A stretch of DNA of 64,000 nt from Gekko japonicus (Eukaryota), in NCBI RefSeq assembly GCF_001447785.1, contig NW_015174295.1, positions 119,649-183,648 of the forward strand, given 5' to 3'. How positions within the stretch are numbered: the first letter of the stretch is position 1; the number at the start of each line of letters is the position of its first letter. A program made the position numbers and the translations under genes. Below the pieces are notes generated by a model that was given only the letters and a program-made list of their open reading frames with translations, was not told where the DNA came from and ran no database searches. Below, piece by piece: positions 47,081 through 59,200 of the stretch.

Positions 47081-47696
47081 ATTTGTTATAACCTAGTGCT
47101 AAAACACTGGTGCTGTGTCGTGTCTCAAGAGGATGTCCTGCAACCAGGAAATAGTTTTGTGTGTCTTGTGTATATGTACAACAGCGTTCCAGATCTGGAG
47201 CAGAACAGCGACCGTTTGACCTTTTGGCTTTCAGTAGAAAGATTGGTGGAACTGGCGTGGTCCTCTTTCTTTCTGGGGGCGGAAAGCGCCATCAAATCAC
47301 AGCCGAGTTAGGATGATCCTGTAGGGTTTCCAAGGCAGGGGACTAACAAAGATGGTTTGCCATCGTCGGCCTCTGCTAGTGACCCTGGTAAATGCTGATC
47401 ATCACATTGGGGCCAGGAAGCAATTGTTCTCCAGGCCGGTTTGGCCGGGGATCTGGAGGTTGTTGTTTTTTTTTTTTGTCATCTTCTGGGCATGGAGCAG
47501 CGGTCAGGTCACTGTGTGTGTGTGGGGGGGGAGGTATTTGTGGATTTCCTGCATTGTGCAGAGGGTTGGACTAGATGACCCTGGAGGTCCCTTCCGACTC
47601 TATGATTCCTTGGTGGTCTCCTGTTCCAGTACTAACCAGGGGTCAACCCCACTTAGCTTCTCAAGATCTGATGAGATCGAGCTGGTCAGGGCTTTG

Positions 47697-48140
47697 AATC
47701 ATAGAATGTTAGAGTTGGAAGGGACCTTACAGGTCATCTAGTCCAACCCCCCGCACTCTGCAGGAGCACAGCCGAAAGACAGCCCTACAACATACCCGAA
47801 AGATGGTCGTCCAGCCTCTGCTTGAAAACGTCCAGTGAAGGAGCATCCACCCCCCCACCCCCCCCGAGGCAGTCTGTTCCACTGTTCAACCACCCTTACA
47901 GTCAGGAAGTTTCTCCTGATATTTAGCCGGTATTGACTCCCTTGTAATTTCCACCCATTAGATCCAGTCTTGCAATCCGGAGCAAGAGAGAATAGATCTG
48001 CTCCATCTTCTACATGACAGCCCTTCAGAGACTTGAAGACTGCAATCATGTCCCCTCTAAGCCTTCTCTTTCCCAGGCTAAACATACCCAACTCTTTCAG
48101 CCTTTCCTCATAAGGCTTGAATTCCAACCCCCTCACCATT
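47697..48140 (-). mobile_element. CR1 LINE 3' end (second subfamily)
   Basis: MVRGLEFKPYEERLKELGMFSLGKRRLRGDMIAVFK...NFLTVRVVEQWNRLP; ATTCTATG-type tail. Confidence 0.9.
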
Positions 48141-48513
48141 TCTTTACCGTTTGGAAAAACAGCTAGGTAGTTGGCTTCATAGTGAGATCTGCAAGGGATA
48201 TTTACCTTTGGCTCTTTGGACACGGGACTGTAGGATGTTGATGTGATTTTGGAGAATTGTAATTAGGGAGGGGCAGAACTGGGGATGGCTAGGGAGAAAG
48301 GCGGGATGGCTCTCAGCTTTACTTTTTTGGGGGTGGTACCGCTCTGTTAAAAATGTTTTAAGTCCTTTAATATTATTTATTTATTATTTCAATTTATATC
48401 CCGCCCTTCCCATAAACGGGGTTTGCTTTGCTGTTTATATGTCACATCCATGAGCACACAGAGCTTCCTCATACTGTGTCAGACGTTCTGTCCATCAAAG
48501 TCAGGCTTGTCTG

Positions 48514-49677
48514 TGTCAGCTCACGCCGTAACTCTCAGACGCAATAAGTCCTTCAACAGGCTTTATTCAGAAAGTCTGGAAAGTTGCATTAAAGTTGATC
48601 TCTTTGACAGAACTGACGGATATTACAAAGTGGGAATCTACGAGACCTTTGGTCCAGCCCTCATTCATACGTCATGATTACATCGTGCTGAGACAGGTTA
48701 AGACAGGTTAACATAATACAGTTCAGATGGTGTGAATGTTGGTCATTTCAGTCTCTTTCGAAGGCCATGAGAAGTGGAAATAGGGAAGTTTCCTCTGGCC
48801 TTATGCGGAGGATGATTTCTTTTACAGTGGGGAATTTCACATTACCCAGTTTCACCCGGTTTCGAGCCGGTAATGATCCGTTTTGAAGTGAACCGGTATA
48901 GGGCTGCCATTTCACACATGGCTTTCCCCTTCAGGTAAAGAGCTGGATCTGAAGCGGTTTGCCATTTCAGACTGCACCGCTTTTTCCCACTTCCCCCCCC
49001 CTGTTTTTTGCCCATGTGGGCGATCTCCGGCTTTTTTTTTTTAAACGTTCGCTTTAGAGCGCTATAGCGCTATAGCAGTATAACAAAACACTCCATGCAT
49101 TCCAATGGGATTGATATAATGCTATTCCATTATAGCGCTATAGCGCTATAAAACAAACGTTAAAAAAAAGCCGGAGATTGCCCGCGCGGGCGAAAAACAG
49201 CAGGAAAAAGCGCATCGGAACCAGGAGAGGAAACTGAGGAGTACTTAGAAGCGGTTGACAGGTAAAATGCTTCAGCCCCGTTTCCTAAATGGGACAGAAG
49301 CGATTGTATATGAAATGACAAATATATTCCGGAAGGGAACCGGTTCTCAAACGGTCCTGTCTGAAATGACAGACCAGAAACTGTGTGGGAACCGTTCCTC
49401 TTCCGGAATATATTGCCTGTCTGAAATTCCTCAGTTTTACAAAGTGCAGCTAATCTACAGTTCACACAGACATGTTTCAATTGCCCCCCCCCTTTCAAGA
49501 ATGTCAGAGGAGGCCCTTGCAGATAGATTGATACAATGCCAGCAGGTGCTACATGGGAACTACAAGCAGGGAGGAAACCAGCTGGTGAAGCAATAATAGG
49601 ATATAGATATGTACATCAGAAAGGCACAGTTACAAGGAATATGACCCAGTGACCTGGGCAAGGGTCCGATTCTGACA
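48514..49677. mobile_element. LTR-like element containing a nested palindromic insert
   Basis: TGTCAG...CTGACA termini with 5-bp TSD GTCTG (48509-48513, 49678-49682); internal inverted repeat at 49001-49200. Confidence 0.65.
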
Positions 49678-52557
49678 GTCTGCTCTCCCGGGTCTCAGTT
49701 CTTTCACATCACCTACTGCCTGGTTCTTTTAAAACTGGATTTGGGTGGGGTGGGGGGAGACCATCCGCATGCACAGCAAATGCTTTTACCACTGAGCCAC
49801 ACAGCCCCTCCTCTAAGTTGTATTGTTTTGCCTCATGTATAAATGGTGTCTTTGATGCCAAATGCGGCCCCTAGGTGCCATAAAATCTGTGCCTGCTGAG
49901 AGACTTCTGGAGAGGAAAGTGTTGCTTTGGAAGAAGAGTTCACAGGAGAGGGGAGAATTGGTCATGAAGCGTCCTAGTGCATGTGCGTCAATCAAATTTG
50001 GAGATCCTGAGGTGGTTTCTGAAAGTTACCACCCTTTGCCCCTTGTTGCAAGAGTTGCAAGTGTTCCACTGAACCGGTAGGAAGGCCAGGAGAACCGTCT
50101 AAGCACACAGGCGCACTTCTGAAGCAGAGTCCCTGTGCTGGGACTGCAGGGAAAAGAGGCCATTGTCCTGCTTCAACCCCGAACAATGGCAGCGGCTGCA
50201 AATTGTCTCGTCCTTCTCCTTGGCTTGCACTTTCCTGAGCCGGGGCAAACTGGAGTGCTGGAAATTCCTTGATGAAGACATGGTTTGGCCTGGAAGCCCT
50301 TCTCGAAGGCGCTTTGGAAAGGAAATGAGTGACTCATTCCGGCTGCAGCCCGCAGATTCTCCAGTTGCAGGTCCTGGGAATGAAACTGGCCGTAGGTTTT
50401 AGGAGGATCGATCCATTATTGCGCTCTTCTCAATCGTTTTTCTTCTCCCATTATTTCCACAATTTGCTCAGCCAGGGAGTTGCAAGGATGCTCCTGTTCA
50501 TTTGCCTCTTTTTTTCTTTTTCAACACTTGACGAAACCGGATGCGGAAAAGATGATCCAAGCCCTCTTTACATGAACTGCCTATTACGTCCCTTTGCGTT
50601 ATCTGGAAGCGGGACTCAGTATTCATTTGGGTAATGTACTCATGGATGTGGGGGGGACGACACTGAGTATTTGAGTAAGCAGGAGCTTCAGATATTAAAG
50701 GTAAAGGTTCCCTTGCTCGAAAGCCAGTCGAGTTCGACTCTCCGTTTCCAAGCCGAAGAGCCAGCGCTGTCCGAAGACATTTCCGTGGTCATGTGGCCGG
50801 CATGACTAAACACCAAGGCGCACGGAAAGCTGTTACCTTCCCACCAAAGTGGTACCTATTTATCTACTTGCAATTTCTTGCTAGGTTGGCAGGAGCTGGA
50901 ACTAGAGATGAGAGCTCACTCCATCATGCGGCACCCTGGTCCCAAACTGCTGAACTACTGACCTTCCACAGCCTGCAGTTCAGCGTCTTAACCACTTGAG
51001 CCACCACAGCTTTTTCAGATATTAGGGTGGGTCTTATTTATTTAGAATTTGAATCCAGCTTGCCTTCCAGGACGTTTAACAAAATATCTCATAAAACATG
51101 AACTGTGTACGGGGGCATATGCAAATAAAACTGTCATGAAGAAGCAGGCCTGTTTGCTCCCATCCATCAAAAGCTCACCTGCATAGAAGGTCTGGCAGCA
51201 TTTTTGAAAGAGGTTCTTGAATTCCACAGGCGGGTTTGCAGTCACCCTTCCCTCCTTTTTAAAATTCCAACAAGTGGTGCAGAGGGTCCCGTTAAGAAAC
51301 TGCTCCCAGCTGGTGTGGAATAGCGATGAGCAGGGGTCATTTCCTGCAGGAGGGCACAGGAGCGGAGCTCCGGCAGTAAAGAGCCCGGGGGTGTCAAAGT
51401 GTGTGGGGGAAACTGGAGGACTGGTAACAACCACCTGGGTTTCATCTGTTGGAACGGAGCTGGGAGATGGCTGTGAGTTCCGACAAGCTGGCAGTTCATC
51501 TTCTTGCTTGCCGGCTTCTGCTGCTTCAGAACTGGCTACGAAGGGCTCCTCTCCTCCTGAGGAGGCCTTCTCTCCTGACCAACCCATGACACTCATGCTT
51601 TGTTTCAGCTCTGTCTGAGATTTCGATTTGTTTCCAGATTCCTGTCGTCCAAACCGATGCTCCCTCTAAGCTGTGGAGTCCCGTGAGCAAGCATTCTACT
51701 TTGTGAGCCACTGGCCTTAAAGTTGTGAGCGAGCGATTTGGCTGCTGCATAAAATCAGTTTGCTCTGGAGCCCACCCCTTCCTGAGCCAAGGCCAAAATG
51801 TGTGAGCCGGGGGCTAAAAAACCTGTGAGCTAGCTCACACTGACTCAGCTTAGAGGGAATACTGGTCCAAACCCCATTGCCCTGTTCACTGGGTGTCCGG
51901 TGTCCTGTTGACTGTACTTGACTTCCACCATGTAATTTGCCTTCAGTGTCAGTGAGAAAGGCGAACGATAAATAACCAAATGAAAAAAGTTAACAGTACG
52001 GTAAATAAGCAGAGCCAAGTCCTAGAATAGCTATGCAAGCATTGCAGGAGCTGCACCACTCAGACCTGGCCGGAGGTGGGTTTCGGTTCACCCACTGCCT
52101 CCATCTCCCTTGCTGCCGACTGGTGGGAGGCCGCAGTGGGTTGAGCCGACACCCATTGTTGGCACTGAACAGCCCTTGCAGTGCTGGCATACGTACCGGG
52201 GCTTGGCCTGGCCTGCTCCTGGCCCAAGGGCCACTCCACCTGGCTTGTTCCGGGATCATTTTAAATCCCCATTCTCTCCCTGCGCCTCTCCCATTTGACA
52301 CCCACCCACCCCGTTGCTTCCATGTGCCCACCAAAGTGATTATAGCTTGAGAGATTCCATCTAGTTTTCAAAGGAGCCTATTTAAAATGGTCATATTTTC
52401 TGTTCCCCGCTGACAACAAGTTAACTGCCCATCCCGGCACTTGTCCCAGAGAGAGCTTGGCGGAGTGGCTGTTTACGAATAAGTCCAAGAAAAGGGGACC
52501 ATAATTCCAGAGTAACCTTGGAACAGTTCATGGACTCCACCCTTGAGAATCCCTGTC

Positions 52558-53144
52558 TTCAAGTATTATATGGGCCCAGAATATAGGCCGTAATATTAAT
52601 TTTGAAGAGTGGGAGCAGATATGGTGGAAAAATATAAATTTAACTAATGCTGCGTCATATAAAGAGAACATGTATAAGATGTTTTATAGATGGTATATTA
52701 CACCAGATAGATTAGCTTAACAAAATAGTAACTGCTCTGATAAATGCTGGAAATGTAAAAATAAGATTGGCTCTTTTTATCACATGTGGTGGCTATGTGA
52801 TGTTACAAAGAGGTATTGGAGATGGATTCATGAGATAATGGAAAAAATAACAAGAACTAATATCCCGTTTACTCCAGAGATAGTGTTATTGAATATATTT
52901 CCGAAAGACTTTGATAAAGCAGATAGGTATTTGATAGTTCATATGTCGACNNNNNNNNNNNNNNNNNNNNNNNNNNNNNNNNNNNNNNNNNNNNNNNNNN
53001 NNNNNNNNNNNNNNNNNNNNNNNNNNNNNNNNNNNNNNNNNNNNNNNNNNNNNNNNNNNNNNNNNNNNNNNNNNNNNNNNNNNNNNNNNNNNNNNNNNNN
53101 NNNNNNNNNNNNNNNNNNNNNNNNNNNNNNNNNNNNNNNNNNNN

Positions 53145-53199
<55 letters not shown>
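52558..53199 (+). mobile_element. 5'-truncated L1-clade LINE spanning the gap, ending in (AG)n
   Basis: YRWYITPDR..KCWKCKNKIGSFYHMWWLC, with a premature stop; candidate 13-bp TSD GAGAATCCCTGTC (52545-52557, 53200-53212). Confidence 0.75.
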
Positions 53200-53205
<6 letters not shown>

Positions 53206-55594
53206 CCCTGTCCAATCTCAAGCGCAGAAATTGTCGTGACCACTTTCCATCTTAATGATAATTGTGTCCTGTCAAGCCACAACCGACTCCCAGTGATCCC
53301 GGGATCATGGTGTTTTTTCAAGGCAAGAAATGAGCAGGATGGATTTGCCACTGCGTTCCTCCACATACATGCTGGCCACATGACCACGGAAACGTCTTTG
53401 GACAGCGCTGGCTCTTCGGCTTTGAAACGGAGATGAGCACCGCAACCCTAGAGTCGGACTTGACTGGCTTTCGAGCAAGGGAACCTTTACCTTTACCTTT
53501 TTCCTCCACATAGCAACCCCGGCTTTCCTTGGCGGTCTCCCACCCAAGTACTAACTGGGGCCGACCCTACTTAGCTTCCAGGATATTGGGCCAGCCTGGG
53601 CCGTCCAGGTCAAGGCGAGAGGCATTCAGAGGTGGTTTGCCCTTGCCTGCCTCTGCCTAGCAACCCTGGACTTCCTTCGGGGGGCTCCCATCCAAATACC
53701 GACCAGGGCTGTTAGCTTCCAAGATCTGACGAGATCAGGCTAGGCTGGGCTATTAGGAAAAACTGCCATGCTCTTCTTTTGGTTAAGGAACCTCCTGTGA
53801 CGGTTAGCATTCAACAGCGTAGAAAGAACAAGCAGTTGAGTGTCTGTCTTAATCTTTTCCTCTGTGTTGCTACAAGAGTTAAAATTCTAGGAATTGTGAC
53901 CGACTCCTTACTTCACGCTTGTGTGGTTCCTTACTTTGTGCCCCTGCAAGGAAGAAAGGAAGAAAATAATCCTGGGGTGTCATTTCCCAGGAAGCTTTCT
54001 CATGCGGGTTCCACAGAAATGAGCAGGATGTGCTCAGGAGTGCAGAGGGGTGAAACGTTTATTACTCATCTATTGGGGGGGAAAAACATAGCTTTGGGTT
54101 TTTCCTGTATGAATCAGCTATTGTGGACGTTGTTTCCAAATGCATTCGCTTTTCAGATGACTGAGGCGTGCGGCTTTATTAAATGGCCCGGAGTTCTGAT
54201 GATTTGTGGAAATACATATTATCAAAATAGTAAAAGGTGATCGATATAACGTTCCTCTCTCTGGGCTTAATGCTGAGGTTTGGGTATGTCATATACAATG
54301 CTCCCTTCGAGCTGTGGAGTCTTGTGAGCAGAAATTCTACTTCGTGGGCCACTGGCATTAAAATTGTAAGCGAGCGATTTGGCCACTGCATAAACTAGTT
54401 TGCTCTGGAGCCCTCCTTCCTGAGTGAAGACAAAAATGTGTGAGCCGGGGAACATAAGAACATAAGGGAAGCCAATGCTGGATCAGGCCAATGGCCCATC
54501 TTGTCCAACACTCTTGAGTCACACAGTGGCCAAAAATACCAGGTGCCATCAGGAGGTCCAGCAGTGGGGGCAGGACACTAGAAGCCCTCCCACTGTCCCC
54601 CCCCCCCCCCAAACACAAACAAACAGAACCACCCCCCCCCCCCCAGATGGAGAGTTCCTATAAGAACCTAAGAGAAGCCAGTGTTGGATCAGGCCAATGG
54701 CCCATCTAGTCCAACACTCTGTGTCACACAAGTGGCCAAAAACACCAGGTGCCATCAGGAGGTCCAGCAGTGGGGCCAGAACTCCAGAAGCCCTCCCACT
54801 GTGCCCCCCCCCCCAAGAACCAAGAATACAGAGCATCACTTGCCCCAGACTGAGGGTTCCTGTAAGAACACAAGAGAAGCCAATGTTGGATCAGGCCAGT
54901 GGCCCATCTAGTCCAACACTCTGTGTTACACGGTGGCCAGAAATACCAGGTGCCATCAGGAGGTCCACCAGTGGTGCCAGGACACTAGAAGCCCTCCCAC
55001 TGTGCCCCCCCCCAGGCACCAAGAATACAGAGCATCACCTGCCCCAGACCAAGAGATGCTATAAGAACATAAGGGAAGCCAATGCTGGATCAGGCCAATG
55101 GCCCCTCCAGTCACACAGTGGCCAAAAATACCAGGAGCCATCAGGAGGTCCAGCAGTGGGGCCAGGACACATAGCTAGCTCACACTAACTCAGCTTAGGG
55201 GGAACAGTGCTCTGGGGGTGTTTCCAGACCAGTGACTCCACACAGCCCTCACCCGAGCTCTGCAGCTCGTCTGTGTTTTTTTAAACCCAGTATCTCTCTT
55301 TTCCATTTTTGGTCCGCCGCAACATGGAAAGGTCAGCTCCGCTTTGAAGTTGAGTGCTCACGGATTGGCCACGATTGTCCTTTCGTTTTCCTCTCAGGGC
55401 CCTTGGAGACATTAAGATCAGAAGCCCTTGCCAAAGGCTTTTTCTTGGAGCGCTCATACCACACGGAGCATTTGCTCCTCTCTGCGCACCATCCCTGGTA
55501 GCGCGCCACACCCCTGCACAGGTGCACTGCCTTTCAGCATTCATAGAGAGAGTGGTACTTCGGGTTCTTATGAGAGTTCAAACAGGGTCAGGAG

Positions 55595-56256
55595 TAGAGA
55601 CGTAAAATTTCCGGAAATTTTGAAGCTCGGAAAAAAACCCCGGTTTTTTCCCGTTTTTTTTGGGGGGGAAACGGAAATTTTCGTAAAAATTGGAAAAAAT
55701 GCTACATTAGCATTTCTTTTGTCTTTTCTAGATTGAAAGTCATTCTGTTACTTTAGGAACATAAAATATGACTGTGGACATTTTTACTTGGCATGAAATT
55801 ATCACAACTAGCATATTAAAAATATAGTGTATCCAAACAATTATTACAAACAGAATACCCACCCACATGCAAAAACAAAACTGAAACTTTTTAATTTTCT
55901 TCTGACAGTCGCACCTCCTAAAGGAAGAAATGCATCTTGTTCTTGCATTGGAGAGTTCAGTTTGTAACCTAGGACTTGCTTGTCCTCAGTGCACAGAAAT
56001 TAGATCAATCTGATACCATATATATATATATTTTAGAAATGATTTGGAAAATATTTGAACACCTTGTCTTAAAATATTTTATTCATCATGTTAAAATAAA
56101 ACATTCCATAATCAATTTTTTTTCTTTTTTCCTTTCTTTTTTCAATTTTTCCAGTTTTTTGGAAAAAAACAAAAAAGGCTTCAGGAAAAAAACGGGGGGG
56201 GGGGAATGGGTTTTTTCCGAATTTTTCCGGTTTTTTTCCGGGCCTTCACATCTCTA
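55595..56256. mobile_element. Non-autonomous hAT DNA transposon
   Basis: TAGAGACGTAAA...TTCACATCTCTA TIRs, subterminal TTTCCGG repeats, and 8-bp TSD GTCAGGAG/GTCAGGAC. Confidence 0.75.
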
Positions 56257-59200
56257 GTCAGGACTCAGGAGGGCTTGAGAAACACTTCTGGGCAGTTCAG
56301 GAGACTTGTTCTCCCCACTGCCTGGTGCCGTCCGTCAGACACTGCTTCCAAATTCAGGGGAAACAGGCAGGAGCATTGTATCTTGGAGGCAAACTCACAT
56401 GTTTTCTAGCATAAGCCTTTCTAGACTGGAGTAAGCTGTGGAATCTTGTGAGCAAAACATCCTACTTTGTGAGCTACTGGCATTCAAGTTGTGAGCGAGC
56501 GATCTGGCTGCTGCATGAATCAGTTTGCTCTGGAGCCCTCCTCCCTGAGCTAAGACAAAAACTGTGTGAGCCGGAGGCTAAAAAACTGTGAGCTCGCTCA
56601 CACTCACTCGGCTTACAGGGAACACCACCCAAGGCCTGCTTTCTATGCCCTTTCCTGCAAAGGTGAGGCGGGCGGCGACCAGAGACAGGGCTTGTTTAGT
56701 GGTGGCTCCTTCCTACTGGACTGCCCTCCCCATTTAGGCTCAGCCGCTTTACTCTCCTTTAGGCACGAGGACAAAATATGTCTTTTTTACCTCAACTTTA
56801 ATGAAGGGGTTTGATCTTTTAGAGGAGGAGGAGGAGACTGGATTTATACCCCGCCCTTCACTACCCGAAGGAGTCTCAAAGCGGCTGACAAACTCCTTTC
56901 TCTTTCCCTCCCCACAACAGACACCCTGTGGGGTAGGTGAGGCTGGGAGAGCTCTGACAGAAACGGCTCTTTTTCAAGGACAGCTCTTATCAGAACTACG
57001 GCTTGCCCAAGGTCATCCAGCAGCTGCAAGTGGAGGAGTGGGGAATCAAACCCAGTTCTCCCAGATTAGAGTCCGTGCACTTAACCACTACACCAAACTT
57101 TTTTGATTGTGTCCTGAAGGCTGTTTACAGATAGCACTTAATTTTATTTATTTACTTCCTTTATACCCACTTCCCCCCCCCCATGGGGACTCGAAGTGGC
57201 CTTTACTGTTCTCCTCTCCTCTTGTTTTAGCCTCACAACAACCCTGTGAGGTAGGTTAGGCTGAGAATGTGCGACTGGCCCAAAGTCACCCAGCGAGCTT
57301 CCGTGGCCGAGTGAGGATTCGCACTTGGGTCTCCCAGAGCCTAGTCTGACTCTCAAGCCGCTACACCCACACTGGCTCTCCACTTTAAACTGTGGAGTCT
57401 TGGGGTGGTGGTGGTTTGCTTATTTTAATACTGAAGAGTCTTACATGTTTGTGATTTTATTGTATGGTTTTTACTGTGAGATCTGCTTCACGCTGGTCTC
57501 TGGAGTAACTTTTTAGAATGAATGACTTCGTCAGATTTACTAAATTGGGGAAGTGAGTAAGTGACGGCAGAATTCTGCGGGCAGCCTCTCTGTGGATCCA
57601 GCTGTCCTTGCTGTTCCTGCGTGTCCGTGAGCCTGCCTTGGCTGGTGGCAGCAAAGGGAAGTGGTTTCTCTTCATCCGCACTAGAAGCCCTCGGGACGGC
57701 TGCCACCAAAACCTCCTCTTTGCTGGTGTTACGCTGCACAGGGGTCATTTTGTAGAAAAGAGGTGCAGGAGCTCATTAGCACAACTCATTAGCATAACTT
57801 ATTTGCATAGGCCACACCCCCTGACATCACCGGAAGTGTGTCAGAAGGCAACACCCACCGCTCAGGCTCCACTGGACTGTTTTGGACTGCTAGCTATTGG
57901 GGGGGGGGGACGTGCAGATCTGTCCTCGCAGAGGAGGGAGAGCTTGTACCTGAATAAAACTTGGTCTTAAAGGTGCCACTGGACTGTTTTGGGCCGGGGG
58001 GCAGGGGGAGCTCTGCAACTTACCTGGCTCCTTCTTGCTCTGACCGAGGGCTGCTGGGAGCAGGGGGTGGGGCTTGTTGCACGTGCCCGCCCCCTGGGCT
58101 CTTTACTGCCGGAGCTCCGCTCCTGTGTGCTCCTGCAGGAAATGACCCCTGGTTACGCAAGTCACAAGAATCTGTGGGCGAGGCTTGCTTCTTTCCTTCC
58201 ACTGGTCTCCACCGGGATTGTAAGGAGAGCAAGTGCCTCCGGCAGTGTCAGGCCGGAGGTCCATCCAGGCCAGCGTTCCGTTTGGCTTCCCCTGGGGGCT
58301 TCTGGAAGCTCACCCACAGTCCAGGGGAGCACCTGCCCTCTCCTGGGGTTCGTTCCTGCTAGTGGTACTCAGGCCCAATTTATTATTATTACTGTTTATT
58401 TAATTTTTACCCTGCCCTACCCCAGAAATGCCAAATGCCACTAGTTGAAAACACCATCAAAGATTGCCAGAACAATATATTACACAATTATAAAGTTGTT
58501 GGGTCACGACAACAACTTTCATGCATACTCCGATGCTCCCTCTAAGCTGTGGAGTCTTGTGTACATAAATTCTACTTTGTGAGCTACTGGCATTAAAGTT
58601 GTGCGGGAGCAATTTGGCTACTGTATACATTAGTTTGCTCAGGAGCCCCCATCCCTTCCTGAGCTGAGATGTGTGAGCTGGAGGCTAAAAACCTGTGAGC
58701 TAGCTCACACTAACTCAGCTTAGAGGGAACACTGACTGTAACTATAATAAGGCATGAGAGACAATATTTCCTCCTTTGAAGATAAGACGTGTATCTTATG
58801 CCTTATTATAGTTGCAGTATGCATTAATGTCGTCGTCGTGACACCACCAACTTTTATAATTGTTTAATATATTGTTTTGGCAATCTTTGATGGTGTTTTC
58901 TACTAGTGGAATTTGTATGTTCGGGAACTCCTGCAACACTAGTCTTTTCCCCTTGTCATTTGGATTTACCACCCCAGAAATGGGCTCAGGGCGGCTCACA
59001 ACATAAAAACCAGAGGTCATTTCGGGGGGAATCGCGAGGGATCTCAGTTCCCCCGGGTGAGGTGCAGGGGGGCGGGGCACATGACGAAGCCCCACCCCCT
59101 GCTTCCGGCTGCCCCGCTTCCGGCCCTCATTCAGCCAGGAGGAGGCAGGAGAAGAGGGAGGGTAAGTTGCTTCCCCCCTGCCTCTCCCCATTCCTGCCTG

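Noticed and set aside
54451-55170. Regularly spaced repeats that could suggest a CRISPR-like array
   Set aside because: The whole ~200-bp unit repeats with no unique spacers; it is CR1 3'UTR in a vertebrate genome.
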